Part shown: positions 44,418 to 58,286 of the stretch, piece after piece
Position numbering within the stretch: position 1 is the stretch's first letter
How the letters are laid out: every line of letters starts with the position of its first letter
DNA from: Eledone cirrhosa
Lineage: Eukaryota
Reading direction: 5' to 3'
Length of the DNA: 64,000 nt
Assembly: GCA_964016885.1 (NCBI GenBank)
Contig: OZ024747.1
Coordinates: 91,326,001-91,390,000, forward strand
Notes under the pieces: generated by a model
Databases searched by the model: none
Told to the model about the DNA's origin: nothing
The model's input: the letters and a program-made list of their open reading frames with translations, nothing else
Program-made: the position numbers and the translations under genes

Positions 44418-44572
44418 TCTCTCTCTCTCTCTGTCTTTCTCTTTCTCTCTGTCTTTCTCTTTTTCTCTGTCTTTCTCTTTCTCTCTTTCTCTCTGTCTCT
44501 CTTTCTCTCTGTCTTTCTCTCTATCTGTCTCTCTCTCTCTCTCTGTCTCTGTCTCTCTTTCTCTCTCTCTCT
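44418..44572. repeat. (CT)n/(CTGT)n microsatellite
   Basis: Visible. Confidence 0.95.
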
Positions 44573-46852
44573 CATAGACACCCACCCACAGATATATCTA
44601 TATACCATATCTGTCTATCTGTCTGTCTGTCGACATATCTATTTATTTCTCTAGCAAAAATAAATCGAAATACAAACATCTTAATTTCGTTATACTGTAA
44701 AAATCTCAATGGAAATAAGATGTGTAAACATCCTATACCAGAGTAACATGAGTTATATATTGTAGGGCATATGACAAGGTATATATACACACACACGGTG
44801 GATAAAAAGAAAATCCCTATTGAAAATTATAACATTTGACCTACTTGAGATAACAGCAATGAACTCATTTTCATGCAGCATGACGTCCTCTCATTATATT
44901 GCACGCATTGTCTGTGAGTGGCTTAATATCTGATTTCCAGGACTTTGGTGGGGTTGAGGTACTAAGGAATAGCCAGCAAGAAACTCTGACTTATCGATAT
45001 GCTATCTTTCTTGTTGGGTGGACAAAGAAAGAATGTTTATAGCTCAAACCAACCAAAACCTCTGACTCAATTGTAGGAACACATTCATCATGTACTGATC
45101 AACATACTATCTGAGTTCCTGAAAAGTCAAACGATTGTATACCTAGACGATTACAAACATTGGTTGACAACACTGGTGTTTATGCAGAATTGTAAAACTA
45201 TACTGTACTTCTACCATTATATTGTTCAAAATAAAATGTTTTATGAAAATCGACCAATAATTAATAAAGTTCTTAACCTTAAATAGGGAATTTCTTTCAC
45301 CCTACCAATATATAACCGAAACGTTCGTAATCCTTTTTTTTTTTTCTCACAAACCCCTATCACACCTCTTCAAAACAAATCAATAACTCAAACCGTTCAA
45401 TACAAGAACATCTGATTGTTTATACGGTATTAGGTGCATTTTCTGTGTTTCTAGAAGACACAATTATGTTTTCTTGTCATAACTTAACTAGTTACAGAAT
45501 AGGTACCAGAGTCTTCTAGAAAATGTTATATGCTACATGTCATTTAATGTCCAGGAATTATTTTTCTCTTGCTGCTATTTCAAGAGAAACATGAAACAAA
45601 ATTAACGCCCTATAAACATACTTATAATAATGGGATTTGCTACATATCTAATGAAACATTTCTTGTTATTTAGGAATATGAGAAGAATAAATTAACAAGT
45701 CATAGCCACCAGTGACTTTCAGGTTTATCGTTCGTCAGATATCTTTATTTGTCGTTCATATCACGTTTCATTTCATATTTGTGCTGAAGATACTCTTAAT
45801 GCCACTCTTCGTCTGAATTTAAATAAGACAGTTAGTTTCATTTTTTTCTTTTTTCTTTTTTTTTCCCCTGTAGGCAGTATGACAAGGATCTTCTTCTTTA
45901 TTTAAGTTGTCAATTCAAATTGTCTGATAACCTAAACATTCTGAGACAGGTATTCCTTCCCTTAAAGTGAAAGTAGCTAACCAGCGTAGTTGATTGAGAC
46001 ATAAGTTCCAATGAAGCAATTGGCTCCGTTTAACACACTGATCTAAAATAAATGGCATATTGATTTGTTGCCTCATAGCGATGACTAACTCGATTGATAG
46101 TGATATCTGTGTATATGTAGTGTATTATACATACATTTGCATTATAATACATTGTCTTGTGATATCATTGCTTATTGTATTAGATATATTATATGTTGAA
46201 GTATTGTGGAATACGTTTTATTATAAAACACTATTAGACATTGTTCCTAATGTCATTTTCATTTTCAATTGAACAATTTGCATAGCGGTTGCTTAAGTGA
46301 TCAATTTTAACATATGTATGAATGTTACAAGAATTCTCTGTTCTTTAAAGAAAGTAATTGTTTATTTAAGCAGCATGCCAATTTTATGTATGTATCAGAT
46401 AGGAAGCGATTTTATCTTTGCTGAAGGTATGGTTCACTATTTGAATTCAAAATACAGTTAACCACATAATGCATTTTAAGAAGCTAATATTTACTTTTTA
46501 ATATGTAGAGTTGATATCTCTGTATGTAACTAACGATAACTTCATTATTTAATTGTAATAGAAAACGTGAAGCGTGATTCTCCGCCTCTGATAGACAACG
46601 CCAGCAAGTGTAACGCTCTGAACCAGCACAGTACCAGTCAATTGGACAATGATAGAATAGCTTATATATATATATCTTCAGAGTTCCTTGTAAACATGAA
46701 TAGTAAACATACAATATTCCAAATTATTAATAATTACACAGGTCAACACACTTTAATCTGACTTAGGTTTTGTTGTTGTTTTCATCTAATTTTTAGATGC
46801 TGATTTCAAATATGAAATCCATGTTTTCCTAACACATCAGGGATTCATTCTA

Positions 46853-48052
46853 TAAATCGACCCCAGTGCGTGACTGGTACTTTATTTTATCGACCCCGTA
46901 AGGATGAAAGGCAAAGTTAATCTCGGCGAGATTTGAACTCAGCTCATAAAGGGCCGTAACTCTGTGCTGTAAAGCATAGCGTCTGACACCATGATTTACA
47001 GCACAGAGTTACGGCCCTTTACGTTTTAAGTTCAAATTCCGCCGTGGTTAACTTTGCCTTTCATCCTTACAGGGTCGTTTTAATCGACATTCCCCTCCTC
47101 CAAAATTGCTGGCCTTGCGCCTATATAAGAAACAATTCTACAGCACATCCCTATTTTATTCTGCACTGTATGAATAATTGTTTCTACTCTTGCCACAAAG
47201 CCAGCAATTATCCCAGTGCATTACTGGTACTTTATTCTATTGACCCCCTAAGGATGAAAGGCAAAGCTAACCTCGGCTGGATTTGAACCCAGAACGTAAA
47301 GGGACACAACTCTATGCTGCAAAGCTGGGTGTCTGACGCTTTACCGATACTGCCAATCCATCGCACTGTATGAATAATATAATACCTACGATGAATAATT
47401 AAGTCCTATAGCTTGAAAACATAAGTTATATCAATAGAATCTGATATGATAGATGAAATATAACATCACCTTTTATTAAATACCTGTTAATTCTCAAATA
47501 AAATGGATAAAGCATATCTGACTAATCGTAAACTAACCAACATATTCATGGGACAAATTTTCGCTTACGAGAGCGCCTGGAGTGATTCATGTCTACAGTC
47601 TCTTTCAATACTCCAAGACTAGTCTACCATCATGTGTGTGTTTAAAGAATGCCAAGGGATCTTTTCGCCTGTTCCGATAAAAAGTTACATTTGTTTCTTT
47701 CTGCAGCATATTCCACTCCTCAAGTCTAGAAGTTAACAGTTCAGCCTTGTTGAAGTTTTCACGTTCCTTGGTTGGTGTATCTACAAAGTCTGCTTCACTG
47801 TAAAGCAAATTCAAATTCAGCAACATTATTTAATAAATCGTTGGATTGGCAGTATCGGTAGAGGGCGCGGTGGATTGGCAGTATCGGTAGAGGGTCGGAC
47901 GCCATGCTTTCCAGCATAGTTACGTCCCTTTACGATCTGAGTTCAAATCCCGCCGAGGTTGACTTTGCCTTTCATCCTTACGGGGTCGATAAAATAAAGT
48001 ACCAGTAATGCACTGGGTAATTGCTGGCCTTGTGCCTAAAGCAGAAACAATT
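46853..48052. mobile_element. Cluster of four SINE family A copies in -, +, -, + orientation
   Basis: Copies at ~46853-46990(-), ~46994-47135(+), 47179-47362(-; TSD GCACTGTATGAATAAT) and 47843-48049(+; TSD ATTATTTAATAAATCGTT, duplicated 5' end). Confidence 0.9.
47600..47765 (-). mobile_element. DNA transposase remnant, Chapaev3-like (CMC)
   Basis: KAELLTSRLEEWNMLQKETNVTFYRNRRK resembles the KAELLxSRLxExNLL...YRxRE segment I recall from Chapaev3-type transposases. A possible terminus CACAGGTCAAC...TCTGACTTA...TGCTGATTTCAAATATG starts at 46737. Confidence 0.5.
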
Positions 48053-48151
48053 ATTTAATAAATCGTTACGGTAGATTAAGCAGTTGATATATATATTTGT
48101 GTATATATATTTGTATATATATATTTGTATATATATATTTGTATATATATT

Positions 48152-48197
<46 letters not shown>

Positions 48198-48205
<8 letters not shown>

Positions 48206-48607
48206 CAAGGGAAAGCAAATAAAGATAATTTTAAAATAAATTTCAAAACATTCACTATACTTACTATATTTGGCTTTACCGCGGTTTCAGATCCCCAAAC
48301 AAATAAATAATCCAAGCGGATTTACATTGAGAAAGAGATCCTCGTCAGAAGACTTTTCTCTCTCGGAGAATATAAGATTCCGGAGTTCAAAATACAAACT
48401 GGTGCCATATTTTGAACTCTGGAATCTTATATTCTCCGAGAGAGAAAAGCCTTCTGACGAGGATCTCTTTCTCAATGAACAATCCGCTTGGATTATCTAT
48501 TTGTTTTGGGATCTAAAACCGCGGTAAAGGCACATATAGTAAGTACAGTGAATGTTTTGAAATTTATTTTAAATTTTTTTCTTTATTTGCTTTCCCTTGA
48601 TTTTATA
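48198..48607. repeat. Long inverted repeat (~195-bp arms, 13-nt loop)
   Basis: 48198-48394 is the near-perfect reverse complement of 48408-48607; loop CAAACTGGTGCCA. Confidence 0.97.
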
Positions 48608-48769
48608 TGTTCTGGCTTGTTAATTTATTAACTTGCCATTAAACCACACTTGCATACGGTCGGACTATACTTGTATCCCTATGTGTATTATTTACATGTA
48701 AGAACACATACTTTTATTATATATATATATAAACGGAAAAAATGAAACGGAATTTCATTTCCCACTCTT

Positions 48770-48912
48770 AGCATATATATATGCATGTAAATATGTATAT
48801 ATATACATGTAAATATGTATATATATATATATATACATGTAAATATATATATATATTTATACATGTACATATGTATATATATATACATGTAAATATGTAT
48901 ATATATATATTA

Positions 48913-48956
<44 letters not shown>

Positions 48957-49535
48957 AATATGTATATATATATATTATATATGTAAATATATCTATATAT
49001 ATTATATATGTCTATATATATATGTATATATATATATTATATATGTATATATATATATATATATATGTAAATATATATATATAAAATATGTATATATATA
49101 TATACATGTAAATATGTATATATATTATATAATATATATATATGTATATATGTATATATGTATATATATGTATATATATATATATAAAATATGTATATAT
49201 ATATGTATATATATATATATATATATAAAATATGTATATATATATGTATATATATATAAAATATGTATATATATATAAAATATGTATATATCTATATAAA
49301 ATATGTGTATATATATATAAAATATGTATATATATAAAATATGTATATATATCAAATTTGTATATATATATATCAAATATGTATATATATAATATATGTA
49401 TATATAATATATGTATATATATATATATAATATATGTATATATATAATATATGTATATGTATATATATATAAAACATGTATATATATATAAAATATGTTT
49501 ATATATATATAATATATGTATATATATATATATAA

Positions 49536-49577
<42 letters not shown>

Positions 49578-50091
49578 GTACATATATATATGTATATATA
49601 TATGTATATATATATATATATATATAATATATGTATATATATATAATATATGTATATATGTATATGTATATGTATATATATAATATATGTATATATGCAT
49701 ATGTATATATAATATATGTATATATATATATATAATACATATATGTATATATGTATATATATATATATAATATATATTTATTAAAATAACAGATTAAAGT
49801 TTAAGCAAAGAATCGCAGCTTTCACCCTTACGTTTCAGAAGATCCCGTTAAGGGTGAAAGCAGCGATTCTTTGCTTAAACTTTAATCTGTTATTTTAATA
49901 ATTATTTGCTCTAAGGTTCTCATATATTTGATATATATTTATCCTTATCGAGTCCTCTTTGGATTTTACTCTTCAAATTTATTATTATTACTATAATATA
50001 TATATGTATATAGTGTAAATATGTATATATATATAATATATATATGTATATATATGTATGTATATATGTAAATATGTATATATATAATATA

Positions 50092-50134
<43 letters not shown>

Positions 50135-50252
50135 TATATATATATGTAATATATGAATATATGTAATATATATATATGTAAATATGTATATGTATGTAAT
50201 ATATATATATATATGTAAATATGTATATGTATGTAATATATATATATATATG

Positions 50253-50310
<58 letters not shown>

Positions 50311-50372
50311 GTAATATGTATATATGTATATATGTAAATATATATATATACATACACACACATACATACACA
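48770..50372. repeat. Long degenerate (TA)n field, interrupted at 49778-49992
   Basis: Visible. Confidence 0.95.
49778..49992 (+). mobile_element. Mini Penelope-like element: inverted pLTR stub plus pLTR end with tail
   Basis: 49832-49992 matches 54437-54595. 49778-49830 is its inverted copy, forming a ~53-bp hairpin. Confidence 0.85.
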
Positions 50373-50762
50373 TGTATTAGAATATTTCTTAATTTTATTT
50401 TCACTGATAGACTAACTTTATTACACATATTTTACCTCATTTTATTCTCTGTAATTTTATGCTTGTTTACAAAATGTCGAAATATAAACAAATTATACCA
50501 TCAATCAATTTATCAATTCGTATTTATTTCGTGCAAGAGCCACTAATGGTGTCAACTGATGCAATATTGCTGGTATTACTTATCCAACTAGGAGTTTCTT
50601 ACTCTATAAAAATGTAAAAGAGCGAATGAGTGATGTTGTTAATGCTTTCCCCAGCAGTATGAGTTGTAAACACACTGACGGCGTACTTTAAATGACTTTA
50701 TATATATATATATGCAGTAATGATATTTACAAAGACAAAAATCTGAAAGAGGACTCGATAAG

Positions 50763-50815
<53 letters not shown>

Positions 50816-51160
50816 ATTCACAAGAATCAAAGTTATGTTCAAAGCATTTATTCACTTACAATTGTTTCATCCAAACTCAGGCTTGGAGTCTTCGGAGTAT
50901 ATTAAAATATTTGTACACATAATTGACCTCCTTTCCAACGCAAGAGTCATACAGATGCATATATATATATATTGATGTAAAGTGGAGTGACATGTATTAT
51001 TGTATATTATTTCTGTATAGCAATTCAAATTCAAAATCAAAATCAAAATTAAAATTAAAACAAAATTAAAACAAAATTAAAATACATTCGGCAGGTAACA
51101 AGTTTAAAATATACATGACTATAAAAGGTTTTAGTATATACATAACCATAAATAGTATCC

Positions 51161-51236
<76 letters not shown>

Positions 51237-52455
51237 CCGTAGAAAGGGTAAAGGAAAGAAGAGTGTTCTATGTATAGTACAGAGGTATTTAATTATGTAA
51301 TAAACAAGACAGTATAATTATTCTATTACCAAAGGAAACTAGACGATCATAACAGAAACATCTAGTACGTTCATCAGACGAAATATTTCATGGAATAATT
51401 ATATTGTGTTGCCTAATATATACATATATAAATTTATATATATATATATATATTTATTGAAATAACAGATTAAAGTTTAAGCAAAGAATCGCTGCTTTCA
51501 CCCTTAACGGGATCTTCTGAAACTAACAATGTCAATCTGTAAACGCAGAACTGAATATTTCAAAAAACGTTGCAACCGGAGGAAGACAGGAAGACGATAC
51601 TTTGGTTCGTGGAAACGTTCGCTGGCTAAGAACGGGAAAAAACGAATATAATACGTCATTAATAGGAGCGGTGAAAAGCAATTACGCGCAAAGACAGAAC
51701 CACGTTTATGGTATAAAAGAGGTCGTAGACTAATGTTCTCTTAGGTGGTGCATAGAGACGTTCTCTGGCAAAGAACGAAAAAACGAAGATACTACGTCAT
51801 ATGTGGAGCGTGGAGAACAATAGCACGCAAAGACAAAACCACGTAAATGGTATAGCAGAAGTCGTAGACTAAATTCTAACTAGGAGACCGAATGAATCTC
51901 GGCTACAGAGTTAAGAACAAAGTAAATAAATACAATACAGAAGTAATAGAAATAAATAAATACAAACACGCAAACAAATACGTACATACACAAGCATACG
52001 CAAAAACTTACCATAGGTAAACAAAACCACGCACATATAAATATGTGTGTGTGTGTAAGTGTGTCTACAAATAAATAAATAATTATATAAACGTATATAA
52101 ATAAATAAATACGTATATAACAAGCGCACACACATACCTACATGTAAATACACGAATGTTCGGAGACGTAAGTCAACCAAAACATGAAGTACACATATAC
52201 ACACGCCCTACATACGTACGAACCTGCATACTCACACAGACGCAAAACTCCCGTATACACATAGCCAAACCATATGTACCAGAAATATAAAAAAAATGTA
52301 TACGCCATAACAATCAAATATACGTACGCGAAGGTATACGTACCTTCACAAAACATACGGATAATATATACTTACCTATGCAAATAAGTAAAGGTATAAA
52401 CAAACATATACTTAGCTCCCACATCGAGACGTAAAATATCCACGTATAGATCGAA

Positions 52456-53967
52456 CTATCCGTTAGGGTATAACGTGGGGCTGTAATACAGGAAAGTTTT
52501 GTGCAATTTATGTTTACAAGCCGAAATTGCCTCAGATTTTTTGTTTAAGATGTGGTCTGTGGCGTAGAGTATTTCCAGGGCCTCAGCGGCGCAGAGGTCA
52601 AATGGTCTTTTATTTCCGTTATACGATCTAGCCCCCGCTAGGATCTCCCAGTGTAACTTATATTGGGTGTGGTTGTCTTTTAGACTCCAGATATAAGCTG
52701 AAAGTGACGTCATATTCCTTCTAAGAGGGTAACGAAAAGAATGGGTATGCATGTAAAGACGCTGCTTGAATCTATTGGCGGTTAACCCTATGTAGGCCCT
52801 ACGGGACGTGGGTGATACAACCTTACATTTGTAGACAATGTTACTAGAGAGGCAATTCCCGGATAGGGGGCAATCAACCCGATTCCTACAATTACAGTTA
52901 GTACTAACTTCAGGGTTGCACGTGTTCCTACGGCTAGGTAGTTTAGCTAAATTTGAAGCTGTGATGTTATGTGCAAGGTTAGGAGTCGTAGAGTAAGACA
53001 TATTAATAGTATTTCTATTAAAAATTTTACTATATTTATGTGTACGGGGAAAATGCTTCGTAATAAGGGAAAGAAAGATCTTAGCTAATGGTGTGGCCAC
53101 CTCCATATTATATGGTGAGTTATACCAACAAATGCGACGGGATCTATTTCTTCTAGGTCTATTTTCGTACTCTGTATATGCTACCTTATCGACAAATCCA
53201 CTTCGAGCAAGAGGTTCATTGTAATAAGTGGAATGGTCGTTGAAAATACGCTTGTTGGTGGAAAGACGGGAAAGCCTCAACGAAACGTTTCTGACCAGGT
53301 TCTTGGTTATGCTGGCAGGATGGTTGGAATGCTTACTTATGTAATTAAGCGTATCATTCGGCTTTCTATACGGGTAATACAACCCATTCAATAAGTTGAG
53401 GGTAACGTCGAGGTAATTAACGACCGAGAGATTGGCCTCAACCTGTATAGAGAGGTTGAAGCCTTTAAAGAAGGCTGTGAGTTCTTCTCTGAACCTGTCG
53501 CAAGCACGAGGTCCGCACTTAGTCATGGTCAAAAGACCATCGTCACGGTACAAACCACCGCCCGCGTTGGGGAATTCGTCCTTGATAGAGAAAAGAAGGA
53601 AAAGGCCGATAAGATCAGTAACCTCCGCAGAATCGCTGGCGCCCATACTCACGTCGAATGGGGTACTATTGGATTTTTTAATCCAAATAGAGTCGTCGAA
53701 ATTAATCACCGACTTTCGAGCATTGAGGATGACATCAACCTTGAAATCCTTAACCACTGTGAGTGTTTTAGCGAAATTGATAGCTCTAAGGAGAAGTGGT
53801 AAAGTGATGGAGGAGTAGTAATTGTTGATGTCGAATTGGATAAAGCGGCAATGTTCTTTGTTACATATGCCGTTGAACCAATCAATCACCGCGAAGGAAT
53901 TGTTCCACAGTGTAAGAGGGGCCAAGCTTCTAATTTCAGGTATAATTCTATCAAGAATCGTCTTACT
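52456..53967 (-). CDS. Penelope-like reverse transcriptase (partial) plus GIY-YIG endonuclease
   Basis: FIQFDINNYYSSI, VSMGASDSAEVTDLIG, LYRDDGL, NYLDVTL, SNHP, CNCRNRVDCPLSGNC and NIVYKC...YIGLT...FKQRLYMH. The frame stays open upstream (SKTILDRIIPEIRS) to the inversion junction. The track start at 53925 is TTG, not a true start. Confidence 0.92.
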   Translation of the reverse strand, partial: SKTILDRIIPEIRSLAPLTLWNNSFAVIDWFNGICNKEHCRFIQFDINNYYSSITLPLLLRAINFAKTLTVVKDFKVDVILNARKSVINFDDSIWIKKSNSTPFDVSMGASDSAEVTDLIGLFLLFSIKDEFPNAGGGLYRDDGLLTMTKCGPRACDRFREELTAFFKGFNLSIQVEANLSVVNYLDVTLNLLNGLYYPYRKPNDTLNYISKHSNHPASITKNLVRNVSLRLSRLSTNKRIFNDHSTYYNEPLARSGFVDKVAYTEYENRPRRNRSRRICWYNSPYNMEVATPLAKIFLSLITKHFPRTHKYSKIFNRNTINMSYSTTPNLAHNITASNLAKLPSRRNTCNPEVSTNCNCRNRVDCPLSGNCLSSNIVYKCKVVSPTSRRAYIGLTANRFKQRLYMHTHSFRYPLRRNMTSLSAYIWSLKDNHTQYKLHWEILAGARSYNGNKRPFDLCAAEALEILYATDHILNKKSEAISACKHKLHKTFLYYSPTLYPNG

Positions 53968-54435
53968 TATTTATTTATTTCTATTTATTTATTTATTTAT
54001 TTATTTATTTCTATTACTTCTGTATTGTATTTATTTACTTTGTTCTTAACTCTGTAGCCGAGATTCATTCGGTCTCCTAGTTAGAATTTAGTCTACGACT
54101 TCTGCTATACCATTTACGTGATTTTGTCTTTGCGTGCTATTGTTCTCCACGCTCCACATATGACGTAGTATCTTCGTTTTTTCGTTCTTTGCCAGAGAAC
54201 GTCTCTATGCACCACCTAAGAGAACATTAGTCTACGACCTCTTTTATACCATAAACGTGGTTCTGTCTTTGCGCGTAATTGCTTTTCACCGCTCCTATTA
54301 ATGACGTATTATATTCGTTTTTTCCCGTTCTTAGCCAGCGAACGTTTCCACGAACCAAAGTATCGTCTTCCTGTCTTCCTCCGGTTGCAACGTTTTTTGA
54401 AATATCCAGTTCTGCGTTTACAGATTGACTTTGTT

Positions 54436-54486
54436 AGTTTCTGAAGATCCCGTTAAGGGTGAAAGCAGCGATTCTTTGCTTAAACT
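54436..54486 (+). ncRNA. Hammerhead-ribozyme-like motif (type I topology) in the pLTR
   Basis: AGTTT-CTGAAGA-T-CCC gttaa GGG-T-GAAA-GCA...TGCT-T-AAACT; stems I-III can be drawn. Non-canonical U-U at the base of stem II and a CUU cleavage triplet. Confidence 0.45.
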
Positions 54487-54590
54487 TTAATCTGTTATTT
54501 TAATAAATATTTGCTCTACGGTTCTTATATATTTGATATGTATTTATCCTTATCGAACCCTCTTTGGATTTTAGTCGTCAAATTTATTAT

Positions 54591-54666
<76 letters not shown>

Positions 54667-55838
54667 TATATAAAGCTATAAGGAATGAGAAATTCCGGTG
54701 ATCCGAAGTTATATTTAAATAGAAGTTCAGGTGGAGACCGAGTAAACTTCTAATGTAGGAATCCACATATATATATCATTTGTATACTCCCTCGCTCTCT
54801 ATATTGCTTTTATTCCTGACTCCATTGTCCTTGGGGCCTTGTAAATGTCTTGGTCGCTATTAATACCCACTTTGTTGACACGAATATCCAATTATACCAT
54901 TCGGCACTTATCTCCAACACCCATATATCTGTGCAATTTACTCTTCTCACCACCATCCTATTCCATTTACTTTCCTTTAGAAGAGCGTATTTTACCCCAG
55001 AAATATCAAAGTGTTATAATTGTTTTGTTTTATATTTTGTTTGTTATTTCTTTTGTTTCAGTTCTCTCTCACGTATTTGCTTGATTATCTATTAATGTTT
55101 GTCTATGATATGAGAGCCTTTTACATTACCAGTGAATTAATGATTAAAAAAAAAAAGACAAGTGTTATAGAACAAATTTTTAAATATCATTTAAATATAT
55201 AACATTTATAATATTCAAATATTATTAAAAAAAAGTACGTGGGTATGTGGTAATTCCACTCTCTTAACTAATCAATAAAATCAAATGAAATATGCAATCC
55301 TTCCAATTCAATATTCGAGCACTTAATTCACTGTAAGCAATCAATAATTTTGCTTGCATTCGATCAATACAATTATTAGGTGGTAAATATACTAAAGACT
55401 TCTGAAGAAATTCAACTACGTTTTGACGTCACGCAAAACAAATTCAGCTCTTACGTCAGAACAAGGCCTTCATCATGTCTAGTACAATTAACAGCTTCCA
55501 GGAAAGTACTTGTAAATCTCTGCTCTTATATATATACATATATATACACACACACACATCTACACATATGTGGGTATATATATATATATACAGGTGTGTG
55601 TGTATATATGTGTGTGTGTGTATATATAAATGTGTGTGTATATGTGAGTATATATATGTGTGTGTGTATATATATATGCGTGTGTGTATATATATATGCG
55701 TGTGTGTGTATATATATAAATATATGTGTGTGTATATGGTTTTCTATTTTCGTTTTTTATGCATAATCTACCTCCCATTGGCATTTAATATTTGAAATTA
55801 TCTTTTTTACTTAATTTATTTTTTTTCTGTTTTTTCCC

Positions 55839-55911
<73 letters not shown>

Positions 55912-56027
55912 GCTACTTGTCTCACTAGCTCTTTTTGATTACCAACTCTAGGAAATACTCGATATTCTCCCTAGTCTGCCATGTCTTACTAGCTCTATAC
56001 ACGCGTTTAAATTGATTAAATAAATAA

Positions 56028-56101
<74 letters not shown>

Positions 56102-56164
56102 GTAATAAACGAAAGATATATACTTTATATCATCTCTTTGTATTTCATTATATATATTTCGACG

Positions 56165-56550
56165 ATGTAAGGTCTCCAAAGCGATGGGGACGCAGAGAAA
56201 CTGTTCGTACGGCTGTTGGCAACACTGTTGTGATTGGTGCTTCCTTCACTCCCAAAGAAGCATGCGCGCGCTTCGCTGGGATGCTCAATCTTGGCTTGGC
56301 AGCCGTTGAGAATGGAGCTCCCGTTGAACGCTACCGCCAAGTGCGCAGTTATTATATAGAGGGTAATCCCAAAAGTAAGGTCTCCTTCCGAGGAAAACAT
56401 GCGTAAAGATCGGCGGATCACTCTGGATGCTCTCTGCATTTTGGTTCCTGAGGTTTCCCGAAGCACCATCCACAGGATTTTAACGGAAAAGTTGCAAAAT
56501 CGGAAGTTTCAATATCGGAAGGAGACCTTACTTTTGGGATTGCCCTCGTA
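56165..56550. mobile_element. Tc1/mariner-type MITE (56357-56550) plus adjacent mariner 5' fragment
   Basis: ~33-bp TIRs GAGGGTAATCCCAAAAGTAAGGTCTCCTTCCGA / TCGGAAGGAGACCTTACTTTTGGGATTGCCCTC(G), flanked by TA. TAAGGTCTCC also occurs at ~56168, followed by ATG-MELPLNATAKCAV. Confidence 0.7.
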
Positions 56551-58236
56551 TAACATAAAATAAAACATGTCCTCCTCAGACAAAATACATAGAAAATGTA
56601 TAATATTTTCCTGATATGCTGGTAGACAAATGAACTGGACAGATTGGTGACTACTAGGCATATGTGTGTGTGTACATATATATAGATACATACATACATA
56701 CGTAATATATGCATTATATTTTGTGTCGTATGTTTACAATACTTTAAGTTTGTTGTATTTTCTTTCCCTTTTGCTGTTGGCTACTTTTATGTTAAAAGGT
56801 CCCTGGTACGAAAGTTGGTGTCATATAAATATACTTACGGTATTGATTGGGATACAGGTAGAATATTGTTTTTGTTTTGTTTAGATTTTTAGATTATATT
56901 TTATGTGGTGTATTCTGTTGTTTTAGAGGTTATAATATTCTGTCTGCATTTTTTGTGTGTATTTTTTCTTCACCGTTTTATTTGTTAGTTTACGCATGAT
57001 ATAATGTTTAAAGGATTTTGCTTCAAAAGACAAAATACACGCGAAAAATGCAGACAAAATAATTTTGAATTTATTCCAATTTCTTTTGAGAGATAACTAT
57101 AGTGCTTTCTTTACTAACTCGTGTGTATATTTGATGTTATAAACCTTCTACATAAATGTTTAATGAATGTTCGGTTGGATGAATGATACGGGGGTGAATA
57201 AGGTTGGAGTCAAAGAAGTGCGTTAGTTCTCATTCTTTCGTTGGTTGAGGTAAATAAATCCTTCATTTTGAGGCAGAGAAGCTGTAGTATGAAAGCTACA
57301 AACTGCGCTGGTTTCAGGTAATAATTTCAAATATCAATATTGAGTACTATTTTGTAGAATTCAATTTCAACTTCTAATTTAATTAAGTCTGTTTTAAAAT
57401 CTTGTTGACTGATAAATTTTAACATATATTGAACAATGACTTCTCAGCTATAATTGAATATCTTCGCATTTTGGTTTAATATGTTTTTATGTGTGAACCC
57501 TGACCATGAAATCCTCTGTACTATTACGCCTAAAATAGACAGATTTCATAGCAAATTAATTCTGAAGTAGGAACTTATGTAGAGAATTGGAAGATACTCC
57601 CAGTCGTTTCAATCCAGGTGAGAATCTATGGACTGGAGAAGCATTAAGGAAATGTATATGTTATAAAGTGTTAAGGAATTTATAGATGACTTTAGGGTTT
57701 TTCCAATAGAGAAGGGGATCTGTTTTAGTATATTGGGTTATTTTGTTTTTCAATTTATTCTGAAGTATCCAATTATTTAGGTCTGGGTGTGTGTATGTTC
57801 AAAGCTAATTGTTTAACATGTGCGCACCATGCAAACTGGTGCATCTCCAATTTATGCACGTATCCAAACACATATCTATGTATGTATGCATGTGTATGTA
57901 TATATATATGGTCCTTCTAGTCTGTCTAATTCGGTGGTGAGACGATCTAATAGGATCGAAATTGTCCATTGCTTTCCTTAAGTTGGCGTATATTCAAGAT
58001 ACATTCCTGCTGCATGTTCATAAATTATTTCAAAAGATTCAGGTCAGCTCATTGTATATGTTTTCTTCTCTGCCCGTTGTTCATTATCTGAGAATTTCAG
58101 TCTTGAAATAGCGAGGACAGTCTCAGTTTATTGAAGTTATTCCCCATACACTATATGCAGAATACGAGACTTTTAAAAGGTTGCGTTGGCGTGCCTTTTA
58201 TTTCGATAATCCGCGAAAAGCAGACAACAAACAGGC

Positions 58237-58286
58237 GGGTGAAAGCAGCGATTCTTTGCTTAAACTTTAATCTGTTATTTTAATAA

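Larger units (their letters stand above)
51455..54595 (-). mobile_element. Penelope-like retroelement, 5'-truncated, flanked by ~500-bp inverted pLTR copies, inserted in (TA)n
   Basis: 51460-51960 is the reverse complement of ~54000-54500. Internal RT-GIY-YIG ORF; (TA)n on both sides. Confidence 0.93.

Noticed and set aside
48270-48527. Similar ORFs on both strands
   Set aside because: Consequence of the palindrome.
53432-53818. 128-aa plus-strand ORF
   Set aside because: Antisense shadow of the Penelope RT.
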